From Tepidisphaera sp. (GTDB lineage Bacteria > Planctomycetota > Phycisphaerae > Phycisphaerales > UBA1924): a DNA stretch of 64,000 nucleotides. The position numbers were made by a program, and so were the translations under genes. Below, piece after piece: positions 1 to 9,485 of the stretch (the first letter of the stretch is position 1; each line of letters opens with the position of its first letter). The notes under the pieces were generated by a model, which made no database searches, was not told the DNA's origin, and was given only the letters and a program-made list of their open reading frames with translations. The stretch lies in the NCBI GenBank assembly GCA_050916045.1, contig CP051526.1, positions 1,504,001 to 1,568,000 of the forward strand, read 5' to 3'.

Positions 1-186
1 GAGATACAGATCCAGCGAGTCGAGGGGCTTGTCGGGGTCGGTGCGGTTGTTGGTCCCGGCGGAGCGATCGAGTTGCGTCGTCTGGTCGGAGCGGAGGCAC
101 CGCGTATCCAGCGGGCGACCGTCTTCGCACGGGTGGCGTCTCGGAGCGAATCGCTCCAAGCGGATCTGATCGTGATTGTCCGATGA
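1..186 (+). CDS. 3' end of an unidentified CDS (partial, runs off the window)
   Basis: Frame +1 is open from base 1 to TGA at 184-186 (EIQIQRVEGLVG...LQADLIVIVR*) and ends 36 nt before amn; no recognisable motif. Confidence 0.45.
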   Translation, partial: EIQIQRVEGLVGVGAVVGPGGAIELRRLVGAEAPRIQRATVFARVASRSESLQADLIVIVR

Positions 187-222
187 CAGCCGAGCGTCGC
201 CGCACTCCGCATATCCTGAGGC

Positions 223-993
223 ATGCGGACCAAAGAAGAGATCGTCCGGGACTGGCTGCCTCGGTACACGGGTCGCAAGCTCGAAGACTGGGGGCAGTAC
301 ATCCTGCTCACGAACTTCTCAGAGTACGTCGAACGATTCGCGGCGAGGTTCAAGGTCCCCATCATCGGAGCGGGCAGACCGATGCAGTCGGCTTCCGCCG
401 AGAACATCACGATCCTCAATTTCGGCATGGGGTCCGCGATGGCGGCGACGGTGATGGACCTGCTCGCCGCCGTCGAGCCTCAGGCCGTGCTTTTCCTGGG
501 CAAGTGCGGGGGCCTCAAGCGGACGAAGGTGGGGGACTTCATCCTGCCCATCGCGGCGATCCGCGGCGAGGGCACAAGCAACGACTATCTGCCGCCGGAG
601 GTGCCGGCGCTGCCGAGCTTCCGTTTGCAGCGGGCGGTGTCGCAAGCGATCGTCGAGCACAAGTGCGACTACTGGACGGGCACGGTGTACACGACCAACC
701 GCCGCGTGTGGGAGCACGACGAGAAGTTCAAGGAATACTTGCGGCACATCCGCGCGGCCGCAATCGACATGGAGACCGCGACGATCTTCCTCGTCGGGTT
801 CGTGAACAAGATCCCCAAGGGAGCGCTGCTCCTGGTGTCGGACAACCCGATGACGCCCGAGGGGGTCAAGACCGCCGCCAATGACATCACCGTGAGCGAA
901 GCGTTTGTCGAGAAGCACCTCGCGATCGGCATCGACGCGATCATCGACCTCCGCGACAGCGGCGAGAGCGTCAAGCACCTGCGGTTTGAGTGA
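223..993 (+). CDS. amn: AMP nucleosidase (short PNP/UDP phosphorylase-fold type)
   Basis: WLPRYTG, NFGMGS, FLGKCGGL, AIRGEGTSNDY, TTNRRVWEHD and AIDMETAT motifs. Confidence 0.9.
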   Translation: MRTKEEIVRDWLPRYTGRKLEDWGQYILLTNFSEYVERFAARFKVPIIGAGRPMQSASAENITILNFGMGSAMAATVMDLLAAVEPQAVLFLGKCGGLKRTKVGDFILPIAAIRGEGTSNDYLPPEVPALPSFRLQRAVSQAIVEHKCDYWTGTVYTTNRRVWEHDEKFKEYLRHIRAAAIDMETATIFLVGFVNKIPKGALLLVSDNPMTPEGVKTAANDITVSEAFVEKHLAIGIDAIIDLRDSGESVKHLRFE

Positions 994-1108
994 CCGGGGC
1001 GACTCTTCCTCCGCGAAAGGCGAGCCGGAAACAACGACGCCGCTCTCTTGAGGCATGAGCGGCGTCGCGGAGGGCGTGGTTGTCGGTCAAACAGGTGTAC
1101 CGGCGGAG

Positions 1109-1516
1109 TCAGCAGCCGGTTTCAAAGGCTCCGACGAACTCGTCGTAATCGAAGAAGTCGACGAACTGGTCGTTGTTGAAGTCCGCCGTCCTGCCCGGAG
1201 GGCAGACGCCGGTCTCGTAGCAGCCGACGTAATCGTCGTAGTCGAAGAAGTCCAGGAAGCCGTCGCCGTTGAAGTCCGCCGGGCAGCCCGGAGGCTGGGA
1301 CGCGCCGGTCCAGTACCCGCCGGTCAAGGTGAAGATTCCGCCCGACATGGCCGGGCCGGCGTCGGGCTGGCCGATCGTGCCGCTCAGCGAGTAAATGCCG
1401 CCCAAGGAGGTGCCGCCGCCGCCGTCGATGGTGGACCAGTTGATCTCGTAAGGCTGGGCCAGCGAGGGGCTTGCGAGAGCGATGAGGCCGAAGATGCCGG
1501 CGAGGGTGTGCTTCAT
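1109..1516 (-). CDS. Small secreted protein with C-terminal dockerin-like (GC-ending) domain
   Basis: Signal peptide MKHTLAGIFGLIALASPSLA; WSTIDGGGG...SLSGTIGQPDAG...LTGGYW domain; tail CPADFNGDGFLDFFDY...AFETGC. Start moved to the MKH codon. Confidence 0.8.
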   Translation of the reverse strand: MKHTLAGIFGLIALASPSLAQPYEINWSTIDGGGGTSLGGIYSLSGTIGQPDAGPAMSGGIFTLTGGYWTGASQPPGCPADFNGDGFLDFFDYDDYVGCYETGVCPPGRTADFNNDQFVDFFDYDEFVGAFETGC

Positions 1517-1711
1517 GGGAGTCTCCATACCACTTTACACGATAATCATCGTCCTCAGCCCTCGGAAAAAGGCGGAAATCCGAAAAAACGCCCGAATCGC
1601 GGTGCGACCCGGCGGGCTCGCCGGGATTTGGAGGGCCCGGGGGGAGGAACGTCGGGTTGCGGTGGGGGGTGAAGTGCGGATGGGACGCCTAATCGCCCGA
1701 TATCCTCCGCC

Positions 1712-3154
1712 ATGCTCACACTCGACTACGCCAACTGTCTTTCCACCCGCGTCGGATCTCACGGCTTGGACCCTGCTCGTCTCGGCCCGGGGAGCGACCT
1801 TGCTCAGGCCGTGCAGGCCATGACCGCGTCGCTCGCCAAGACCCGGGGGAAGGGCTGGGAGCGGTGGCGCGAGCTTCCGTTCGGTGAGTTCCGAGCCGGG
1901 CACGTGGCGGCGGTGAACGAGGCGGTTGCGGCCTGCAGGGGAAGGTTCGATAACCTTGTGGTGCTCGGCATCGGCGGGTCGGCTTTGGGCAACATCGCGT
2001 TGCAAGCGTCGCTGAACACCCTGACGTACAACCTGCTCCCGGCGGAGAAGCGGCCGGGGCCGCGGATGTTCGTCGTGGACAACGTGGACCCGCACTACTT
2101 CGGAGCCGTGCTGGACCTCTGCCGGTCGAGTCCCGGTGGGCTGAAGCGGACGCTTTTCAACGTGGTGTCGAAGTCCGGCGAGACGGCGGAGACGGCTTCG
2201 CAGTTCATGGTGATCCGGGATGCGCTCAAGGCGGAACTGGGCGCGGAGTTCAAGCACAACATCGTCGCGGTGACGGACCCTGCGAAGGGGACGATGCGGC
2301 AGATCTGCGACAAGGACGGGTACACGACGCTTCCGGTGCCGGACGGCGTGGGCGGGCGGTTCAGCGTGCTTTCGCCGGTGGGGTTGTTCTCGGCGGCGAT
2401 GTGCGGGATCGACATCAACGGCTTGCTCGACGGAGCGGCAGAGATGGATGCGAAGTGCTCGCTTTCGGACCTATCGAAGAACCCGGCGGCGATGCTGGCG
2501 GTGCTTCTGGTTGAGCTCGGGCAGACCAAGGGCAAGACGAATCACGTGATGATGCCGTACAGCAACTCGCTGTACCTGCTCGCGGACTGGTTCCGCCAGC
2601 TCTGGGCGGAGAGCCTGGGCAAGCAGTACGACACGCGGAAGCAGGAGGTCTTTGCGGGCTTTACGCCGATCAAGGCTCTGGGCGCGACGGACCAGCACAG
2701 CCAGGTGCAGCTTTATCGCGAGGGGCCGAACGACAAGGTGTTCGGCCTGATTGATGTGAAGAGCTTTGACCATCACGCTCCGGGCGGGCACGGCGAGGTG
2801 CAGATCCCGACGGGCCTGGGCATCGAAGCGACGAAGTATCTCGAGGGCAAGCGGATGGGCGACCTGCTCAACGCGGAGAAGCGTGCGACGGAGTGGGCGC
2901 TGGTCGAAAGCCAGCGGCCGAACTTCACGCTCACGTTCCCGCGGATCGATGCGAACCACGTCGGACAGTTCATCGCGCTGTGGGAGATCACGACGGCGTA
3001 CGCGGGCTTGATGCTCGGGATCGACGCGTACGACCAGCCGGCGGTCGAGCTCGGCAAGCAGGGGACGTTCGGCCTGATGGGCAAAGCGGGGTTCGAAGCG
3101 TTCAAGACGAGCGTGGAGAAGACGCTGGCGCCGAGCGGTCATGTGATCGCGTGA
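1712..3154 (+). CDS. pgi: Glucose-6-phosphate isomerase
   Basis: LGIGGSALG, SKSGETAET, VGGRFSVLS, QLWAESLGK, DQHSQ and DQPAVELGK motifs. Confidence 0.95.
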   Translation: MLTLDYANCLSTRVGSHGLDPARLGPGSDLAQAVQAMTASLAKTRGKGWERWRELPFGEFRAGHVAAVNEAVAACRGRFDNLVVLGIGGSALGNIALQASLNTLTYNLLPAEKRPGPRMFVVDNVDPHYFGAVLDLCRSSPGGLKRTLFNVVSKSGETAETASQFMVIRDALKAELGAEFKHNIVAVTDPAKGTMRQICDKDGYTTLPVPDGVGGRFSVLSPVGLFSAAMCGIDINGLLDGAAEMDAKCSLSDLSKNPAAMLAVLLVELGQTKGKTNHVMMPYSNSLYLLADWFRQLWAESLGKQYDTRKQEVFAGFTPIKALGATDQHSQVQLYREGPNDKVFGLIDVKSFDHHAPGGHGEVQIPTGLGIEATKYLEGKRMGDLLNAEKRATEWALVESQRPNFTLTFPRIDANHVGQFIALWEITTAYAGLMLGIDAYDQPAVELGKQGTFGLMGKAGFEAFKTSVEKTLAPSGHVIA

Positions 3155-3163
3155 CGACGGGGG

Positions 3164-3862
3164 GTGGGCTTGGTTCGCCGGGTCGTGATCTCTCTTGTCG
3201 CCGGGCTGCTCGCGACATTCGTCGTGCAGGCGGCTTGCTCGATTGTCAACAGGTCTTTGAGCGAATTTCGGGAGGATTATCGGAATCGGTGGTCGGTGTC
3301 GGAGGATGGCACGCAAGTCCTGTCCTTCCACAAGGCATCATGCTTCGGTTCGACGGCGTATGCGCTGAATCGCGAAGATCGCAGCACATGGGAGCAACGC
3401 AACGCCGACCTGGAGGAGAATCGACGAATCCCGCCATCACCATTCACGGGTCCTTCCTGGGTGAGGCAGCGGCTCGTCGCCGCTGAGAACACCGCTGTTC
3501 TTTCGAATTGGCAAACTGTCATACTTCGCGGATGGCCGATGCGCTCTGCGTGGCAACTGACGATCGACGGCAAGTCTGTCGAGAATAGGTCGTTGGCCGA
3601 CGGCATTTCGTTGGTGCCTTGGCTGGGGCGATCGAGTGATCCGAAGGCGCCGAACGCCCTTCAGATCGATTCCGCGCCCATTGCTCCGATCTGGAGCGGG
3701 TTGGCGTTCAACACCGGGTTTTATGCTCTCGCGTTCTTCGGGATCGTGACGATCGCTCCGAAGGTGCGTACGAGCCTCCGTCGTCGTCGCGGTCGGTGCG
3801 GCGGCTGCGGGTACGAACTCAGGCAACTCGGTGGGTGTCCGGAATGTGGTGAAGGTTCTTGA
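3164..3862 (+). CDS. Hypothetical membrane protein with C-terminal zinc ribbon
   Basis: Two hydrophobic segments; RRRRGRCGGCGYELRQLGGCPECG tail; GTG start. Confidence 0.65.
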   Translation: MGLVRRVVISLVAGLLATFVVQAACSIVNRSLSEFREDYRNRWSVSEDGTQVLSFHKASCFGSTAYALNREDRSTWEQRNADLEENRRIPPSPFTGPSWVRQRLVAAENTAVLSNWQTVILRGWPMRSAWQLTIDGKSVENRSLADGISLVPWLGRSSDPKAPNALQIDSAPIAPIWSGLAFNTGFYALAFFGIVTIAPKVRTSLRRRRGRCGGCGYELRQLGGCPECGEGS

Positions 3863-3950
3863 AGCCTTTGCCAGAGGGAGCGGGTCGCGGGTGGGCTCGA
3901 TTTCGCTGGTCTATTGGCGTCGATGTGATGGCGTATCGGCGAGCGGGGAG

Positions 3951-4055
3951 CAGCCATTCAGGCTGCAGAAGACTGTTGCGTGCTATCCGGGGGTGTCGCT
4001 CGAAGACTCGCTCCACGCCCCGGCTATGTCCGACCAACCCTTCGGGTTGAAAGAT
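3951..4055. repeat. REP/MITE-like composite palindromic element
   Basis: Palindromes CAGCC-ATTCA-GGCTG (3951-3965) and CAACCC-TTC-GGGTTG (4035-4049) flank a central CCGGGG...CCCCGG stem (3987-4023), in a convergent intergenic gap. Confidence 0.5.
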
Positions 4056-4119
4056 AAAACCCCTCATCCCCCGCTGACGCGGGTGCTTCTCCCATCGAAG
4101 CGACTGGGCGAAGGGGAAC

Positions 4120-4986
4120 TTACTGTCGCATGCGGGGGGATTCGGCCCAGCGGAGCTTGCTCGTGAGAGCGGCCCAGAAGTCGTGACGCGGGTTGACGGC
4201 GAAGTGGACCGTGCGCTGTGAGCGGCGGATCGAAACGACGGTGCCGGTCTTGACCGGCGTCATCACCTGTCCGTCGAGGATCAGCGTTGTGCCGCATTCG
4301 GCGTCCTCGTTGGCTCGCAGGACGTGCAGGTCGACCATCGCGGAACCCGGAACGACGAGCGGGCGGAACGAGAGCGAGTGCGGCGCGATCGGCGTGATGA
4401 TCATCGCGTCGACCGTGGGAGCCATGATGGGCCCGCCGGCGGAGAGGTTGTACGCGGTCGAGCCCGTGGGGGCAGAGACGATGAGGCCGTCGCCGTGGAA
4501 GATCGGGCCGGGGCGGCCGTCGATGGTGAGGGCGAGGCGGATGACGCGGAAGGGGCTGCCCGCGGTGATGACGGCTTCGTTGAGGGCGACGCCCTTGTCG
4601 GTCTGGCCGCCGTCGGGGCCTCTCGCGGTGACGGAGAGGAGCGAAGCCGTCCGCGAGGGGATGGGCTTGTCCCCGAAGAGCTCGGGAGCGACCTCGGGGA
4701 GCAGATGAAGCTCGAACTCAGCGATGAATCCGAGGCGGCCGAAGTTGACGCCGAGCATGGGCACCGGCAGGCCGGCCAAGCGGCGGGCGACGCCGAGGAT
4801 GCTGCCATCGCCGCCGAGCACGACGACCAACCCGGCTTTCTCGGCCAGTTCGCGCAGGTTGTCGGCGCCGGAGCCGATCTCGGCGAGGAGCGAGCCGTGC
4901 TGGCGAATGAGCTGAGCGACCGCCTGGGCGGAAGCGGCGGCTTCGGGGCGATCGCGGTTCACGACGAGGAGGACCTGGCGTGGCAT
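4120..4986 (-). CDS. nadK: NAD(+) kinase
   Basis: LGGDGS, GVNFGRLGF, ALNE, GDGLIVSAPTGSTAYNLSAGGP motifs. Confidence 0.95.
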   Translation of the reverse strand: MPRQVLLVVNRDRPEAAASAQAVAQLIRQHGSLLAEIGSGADNLRELAEKAGLVVVLGGDGSILGVARRLAGLPVPMLGVNFGRLGFIAEFELHLLPEVAPELFGDKPIPSRTASLLSVTARGPDGGQTDKGVALNEAVITAGSPFRVIRLALTIDGRPGPIFHGDGLIVSAPTGSTAYNLSAGGPIMAPTVDAMIITPIAPHSLSFRPLVVPGSAMVDLHVLRANEDAECGTTLILDGQVMTPVKTGTVVSIRRSQRTVHFAVNPRHDFWAALTSKLRWAESPRMRQ

Positions 4987-5070
4987 GGGTGAGTGTAAGG
5001 GCGGAGGGTCGGGACTTGCGGGGTGGGGCGCTCGGGGTCGCGGCGGGCCCGACGCTCGGGCGTGGCCGGT

Positions 5071-5631
5071 CTACCGGAGCGGGTGCTTGGAGGTTTCGGC
5101 GCGAGCGGTGTTCCACGCGACCATCGCGGGCGGGTGGTCCTTGATGAACTTGACGAGCTGGCTGACGGTGCAGCAGAGACGCGTGGCGGCTTTGTGCTCG
5201 TCGTAGCCGCAGGCGTGGATGTTGTCGAGAGCTTCGGCGAGGATCGAGGGAAAGTCGGCGTGCGAAGGGTTGCAGGAGATGCGTTTGCCCTGGCAGCGGG
5301 ACTTCCAGAGCGAGCTCCGGGCGTCTCCCCACGCGTCGCCCTTTGGCAGGGCACAGCGGACCTCGGTCGCGAGGGCGAGGCGCAAGCGGAAGAGGGCGAC
5401 CTGGCGGTTGTCCTCGGCCGAGCGGCGCTCGCCCGCGTGGGCTTCGACGCCGGTTGGGGTGTGGGTGATCCAGACGAGCGTTTCGACCTTGTTGCGGTGC
5501 TGACCGCCGGGTCCGGAGGCGCGGCTTCGGCCCCATTCGCAGTGCTTCATGAGCTCCGCTTCGTCCATGGCGGCGGGGTGCGGGTACCTTGGGCCCTTGG
5601 GAGTCGCGGAGCTCTGCGAGGTCTGGTGCAT
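5071..5631 (-). CDS. Peptide chain release factor-like (GGQ-domain) protein with helical C-terminal extension
   Basis: RASGPGGQHRNK...THTPTG...ERRS motif; ATG lies 2 nt after the tsaD stop; alternative start at 5568. Confidence 0.8.
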   Translation of the reverse strand: MHQTSQSSATPKGPRYPHPAAMDEAELMKHCEWGRSRASGPGGQHRNKVETLVWITHTPTGVEAHAGERRSAEDNRQVALFRLRLALATEVRCALPKGDAWGDARSSLWKSRCQGKRISCNPSHADFPSILAEALDNIHACGYDEHKAATRLCCTVSQLVKFIKDHPPAMVAWNTARAETSKHPLR

Positions 5632-5633
5632 GG

Positions 5634-6710
5634 TCAGCACGCGGTGGTGGGGACGGGTTCGAGGGAGAGGTCGGCGACTTTGCCCGCTTGCAGGAGGGGG
5701 TACGCGAGGCCGGCGATCATCGCGGCGTTGTCGACGCAGTACTCGAGCTTGGGGATTCGGAGCGTGAGGTTTCGGGCGCGGGCGAACGCGTCGAGCTCGA
5801 GGCGGAGGCGGGAGTTGGCGGTGACTCCGCCGCCGCAGAGGAGGCCGACGGGCTTGGTGCCGCGCGAGGCTCGAAGGTCGAAAGCCCGCTTGAGCTTGAG
5901 GATGACGGCGTCGCACGCGGCTTTCTGGAAGCACGCTGCGAGGTCGGCTTTGCGGGCGTCGGTGAGGGGCGGGGGAGGCGGGTGCGGCGTGTGCTGGCGG
6001 GGGTTGCTTGGGACGCCGCGGACGGCGTAGAGCATGGCGGTCTTGAGGCCGCTGAAGGAGAAATCGAGGGAGGTGGGGGACAAGCGGCTGATGGGGAAGT
6101 CCTCGGCGCGATCGTTCGTGCCGGGCGTGCGGGCGAGCTTGTCGAGGTTGGGGCCGCCGGGGTGCGGCAAGCCGAGGATGACGGCGGCTTTGTCGTAGGC
6201 TTCGCCCATGGCGTCGTCGATGGTGGCGCCGAGGCGTTTGAGGTCGGTCCAGGAGTTCATCGCGTAGATGGAGGTGTGGCCGCCTGAAACGACGAGGCCC
6301 AGAGCGGGAAAAATCTCTTCATCTTGAGAAGAGCCGAGCAGCCCGGAGTACAGGTGGGCGTGGACATGGTCGACGCCGACGAGGGGGACGCCGAGGGACC
6401 AGGAGAGGGCTTTGGCGGCGGCGACGCCGACGAGAAGCGAGCCGATGAGGCCCGGGCGGTGGCCGACGGCGACGGCGTGGATATCCGCGAGAGGCACGCC
6501 GGCCTGCTTGATGGCGGCGAGGACGGCGGGGAGGATGGCTTCCACATGAGCGCGGCTTGCGATCTCGGGGACGACGCCGCCGTATTCGGCGTGGAGGTCG
6601 TGCTGGCTTGCGACGAAAGAGGAGAGGACGGAGGAACCGTTCTCGACGATGCTGGCGGCGGTTTCGTCGCAGCTTGTCTCGATGCCGAGGATCCGGATGC
6701 GCGTCAGCAT
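5634..6710 (-). CDS. tsaD: tRNA N6-adenosine threonylcarbamoyltransferase TsaD
   Basis: ILGIETSCDET, GGVVPEIASRAH, VSGGHT, DDAMGEAYDK, FSFSGLKT, DNAAMIA; start trimmed to MLTRIRILG. Confidence 0.95.
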   Translation of the reverse strand: MLTRIRILGIETSCDETAASIVENGSSVLSSFVASQHDLHAEYGGVVPEIASRAHVEAILPAVLAAIKQAGVPLADIHAVAVGHRPGLIGSLLVGVAAAKALSWSLGVPLVGVDHVHAHLYSGLLGSSQDEEIFPALGLVVSGGHTSIYAMNSWTDLKRLGATIDDAMGEAYDKAAVILGLPHPGGPNLDKLARTPGTNDRAEDFPISRLSPTSLDFSFSGLKTAMLYAVRGVPSNPRQHTPHPPPPPLTDARKADLAACFQKAACDAVILKLKRAFDLRASRGTKPVGLLCGGGVTANSRLRLELDAFARARNLTLRIPKLEYCVDNAAMIAGLAYPLLQAGKVADLSLEPVPTTAC

Positions 6711-6750
6711 GCCTGCTCCGAAGCAGGCGGAGCGGCCGAGGGCCCCGATG

Positions 6751-8478
6751 TCACTTGACGGCCTCTTCCTTGGCTTTCTTGACGTCGGCGTCGACCAGCC
6801 AGCGTTCGAGGGTGTTGCTGGTGATGTCGAGGGTGGCGACGAGCTTGCCGTCCTTGTCGAAGACCTGCATTTTGCCGCCGGTGAGGTCGATGGTGTCGGC
6901 CCAGAGGTCGCGTCCAGCGGCGGCCTGTTCGACGGTCGCGCCCTTCTCGAGGGCTTCGGCGCGTTTTTCGATGCGGATGAGCTCGCGGGTGAGGCGGTCG
7001 CGTGCTTGCTGAAGCTTGCCGAGCTCGCTTGCGACGACGGCGACGATGGGCGTTGCTTCTCCGCCGGTCTGCTTCCATGAGCCTGAATCGAGCTTGGCCT
7101 GCATGGCACGGACGGCGGCGGTGAGCTGGGCGTCCTTGAAGAACTCGAGGGTGGCGTCGGGGTCGCTCCAGTTGGGGACGGTGCTGCCGCCGGGGTTGTC
7201 GGCGGAGGGTGCGTCGGCGGGGGTGCCTGCGGGCTTGGCGGGCTGGATGATCTCCATCTCGCGGCGGACCTTGAGCATGGCGATGAGCTCTTCGTCGGTC
7301 ATGTCGACGAAGTAGCCCTTGCTCGGATCGACGCCCCATTCGGTCGCGTCGTTCTTGCGGGTGATGCTTCGGCCGGAGGGGAGGTAGTACCCCTGTTCGG
7401 TGACCTTGAGTTCGGCGACTTTCTCGTTGCCTTCTGGGTCCTTGACGACGATGGGGCGCACGCCCTGGACCGAGCCTTTGCCGAAGGTGCGGGTGCCGAC
7501 GGCGATGCCGCGGTTGTTCTCGGTGATCGCTCCGGCGAGGATCTCGCTGGCGCTGGCGGAGTTGCCGTTGATGAGCACGGCGACGGGGAAGTTGGGGAGG
7601 GTGCCTTCCTTGCGGGCTTTCTCGATGCGTTCGGGGTACTTCCGCCCGCGGGTTGAGACGATGGTGCCTTCGTCGAGGAAGAGATCGGCGATGGAGATGG
7701 CTTCGGTGAGCAGGCCGCCGGGGTTCCAGCGGAGGTCGATGATGACGCCCTTGACCTTGCCCTCGGCCGCGCCGGCGGCGAGCAGGGCTTCGGCGAATTC
7801 GCGGGTGCAGCCCGGGGTGAACTGGGTCAGGCGGAGGTACGCGATGCCGCGTTTCTCATCGACGAGGTAGTTCCACTTGCTGCGGTCGGCTTCTTGGCGG
7901 TGCACGCCCTTGACCGACCGGGTCTTGATCTTCTGCCGCGTGACTTCCATCGGGATCTTCGTGCCCTTGCGCTCGAGCACGATGTTGACCTTGGTGCCTT
8001 CCTTGCCCATGAGCAGGTCGATGCACTGGTCGACGGCGAGGCCCAGGGTGCTCTTGCCCTCGATCTCGACGACCTTGTCCTCGGCCATGATGCCCATGCG
8101 CATCGCGGGGGAGTCTTCGAGCGGGGAGACGATCTGGAGATAGCCGTCGGAGGAGATCTGGACGGAGGCTCCGATGCCGGAGTACTCGCCGGTGAGGTCC
8201 TTGTCGAAGTCCTCGGTGTCGGCGGGGGGGACGTAGATGGTGTAGGGGTCGTCGAGCGCGTCGATCATGCCCTTGATCGCTCCCTCCTGCATCTTGCGGA
8301 GCTTGTCGGGGGAGATCTCGTCGACGTAGGTGCTTGTGATGCTGTTCTTGACGTCGATCAGCGGGTCGAGGAAGGTGTAGTCGGAACCCTTGCGGACGAG
8401 GGCGAGGGTGCTTCCGAAGACGGCGACGCCGAGGAGCGCGACGAGGGAAGCTTCGAAAACGAGACGGCCTTTAGGCAT
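6751..8478 (-). CDS. Carboxyl-terminal processing protease (S41A, CtpA/Prc family) with PDZ domain
   Basis: N-terminal TM segment, LDDPYT, PDZ loop YSGIG, DLRWNPGGLL, SASASE, TFGKGSVQ. Confidence 0.92.
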   Translation of the reverse strand: MPKGRLVFEASLVALLGVAVFGSTLALVRKGSDYTFLDPLIDVKNSITSTYVDEISPDKLRKMQEGAIKGMIDALDDPYTIYVPPADTEDFDKDLTGEYSGIGASVQISSDGYLQIVSPLEDSPAMRMGIMAEDKVVEIEGKSTLGLAVDQCIDLLMGKEGTKVNIVLERKGTKIPMEVTRQKIKTRSVKGVHRQEADRSKWNYLVDEKRGIAYLRLTQFTPGCTREFAEALLAAGAAEGKVKGVIIDLRWNPGGLLTEAISIADLFLDEGTIVSTRGRKYPERIEKARKEGTLPNFPVAVLINGNSASASEILAGAITENNRGIAVGTRTFGKGSVQGVRPIVVKDPEGNEKVAELKVTEQGYYLPSGRSITRKNDATEWGVDPSKGYFVDMTDEELIAMLKVRREMEIIQPAKPAGTPADAPSADNPGGSTVPNWSDPDATLEFFKDAQLTAAVRAMQAKLDSGSWKQTGGEATPIVAVVASELGKLQQARDRLTRELIRIEKRAEALEKGATVEQAAAGRDLWADTIDLTGGKMQVFDKDGKLVATLDITSNTLERWLVDADVKKAKEEAVK

Positions 8479-8583
8479 GAATGAGACTCCCGGTTCGGTG
8501 AATGGTACGGCCGGAGGGGGCTTGTGGTTGCCGAAACGGTCCCGAACGGGAGCGTGCCGCCGGGCGGGTGGCCGCCGCTGGGC

Positions 8584-9468
8584 TCAGCGTTTGGGCTTCC
8601 ACGGTCCGGGGGGGGCGTCTGGGGCGTGAAGCCCGTCCTTTCGCCCGAGAACGAAGATCGTGTAACCCGGGCAGGCGGGCGGAAGCCGCGTGCCGCGTTC
8701 GTCGCAGGTGGCCAGTTCGCGGAGCGGGGAGCGATCGATCGCGGCACGCCATTGGTCAAGGTCGTAGCAGCGGAGGCCGTAGGTGGCCGTGCGCGTTGAG
8801 AGGTCCTTCCCGCGCGTGATGGTCAGGTGGCTGAAGACGCGTTCGACGCGGGCGGCTTTGGAGCGGCTCTTGGGCGGAGCGGTGGGGGGTTCGAACTGCA
8901 CGACCTGGTGGACGCGTGTGGTGCCGCGCTTGCCGTGCCAGACGTCCTCGGTCGGCGATTCGAGTCCGTACTCGGAGAGGGAGATGCCCACGGCGTACAC
9001 CCCGCCCTTGTGGAGCACGGCCGCGATGTCGCGGAAGTGCGACGCGAGGGCCGCGTCGGTGTCGAGGTGGCGGATGGAGTTGATCAGGTTGAAAGCGAGC
9101 GAGACCGAGCCGGGCTTGACGAAGGTCGCAAAGTCCGCCATGTCGCCGACGAAGAGGGATGCTCTGCGCGAGACGCCGGTTTGCTTGAACCGGGCTTTCG
9201 CGTAGTCGATCATGCCCGAGGCGAGGTCGAAACCGATGACCTTGCGTCCGCCCTCGCCGGCGATGTCGGTCGAAGCCGCCGCGAGGAGGTACCGCGCCGA
9301 GCCGCAAGCGGGCTCGAGCCACGCGAGCGTGCGCGGTGCTTTCGAATAGAGCTTCTCGATCCTCGCGAGGCCGCGAACATCCTTGGAGGTTCCTGGCGCG
9401 TGGAGGATGTCGTAGATCTCGGCGTCTTCGTAGAGCGTGTTGGTGACGGCGTGGTCTTGCGTGGGCAC
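8584..9468 (-). CDS. Class I SAM-dependent methyltransferase
   Basis: Motif I WLEPACGSAR, GFDLASGM, GDMADF, VLHKGGVY; GTG start inferred. Confidence 0.8.
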   Translation of the reverse strand: MPTQDHAVTNTLYEDAEIYDILHAPGTSKDVRGLARIEKLYSKAPRTLAWLEPACGSARYLLAAASTDIAGEGGRKVIGFDLASGMIDYAKARFKQTGVSRRASLFVGDMADFATFVKPGSVSLAFNLINSIRHLDTDAALASHFRDIAAVLHKGGVYAVGISLSEYGLESPTEDVWHGKRGTTRVHQVVQFEPPTAPPKSRSKAARVERVFSHLTITRGKDLSTRTATYGLRCYDLDQWRAAIDRSPLRELATCDERGTRLPPACPGYTIFVLGRKDGLHAPDAPPGPWKPKR

Positions 9469-9485
9469 GGAGCGAGGATAGGAGC

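Noticed and set aside
8584..9468. Class I methyltransferase as part of the NRPS system
   Set aside because: About 14 kb away, outside the island, and in a separate minus-strand gene run.
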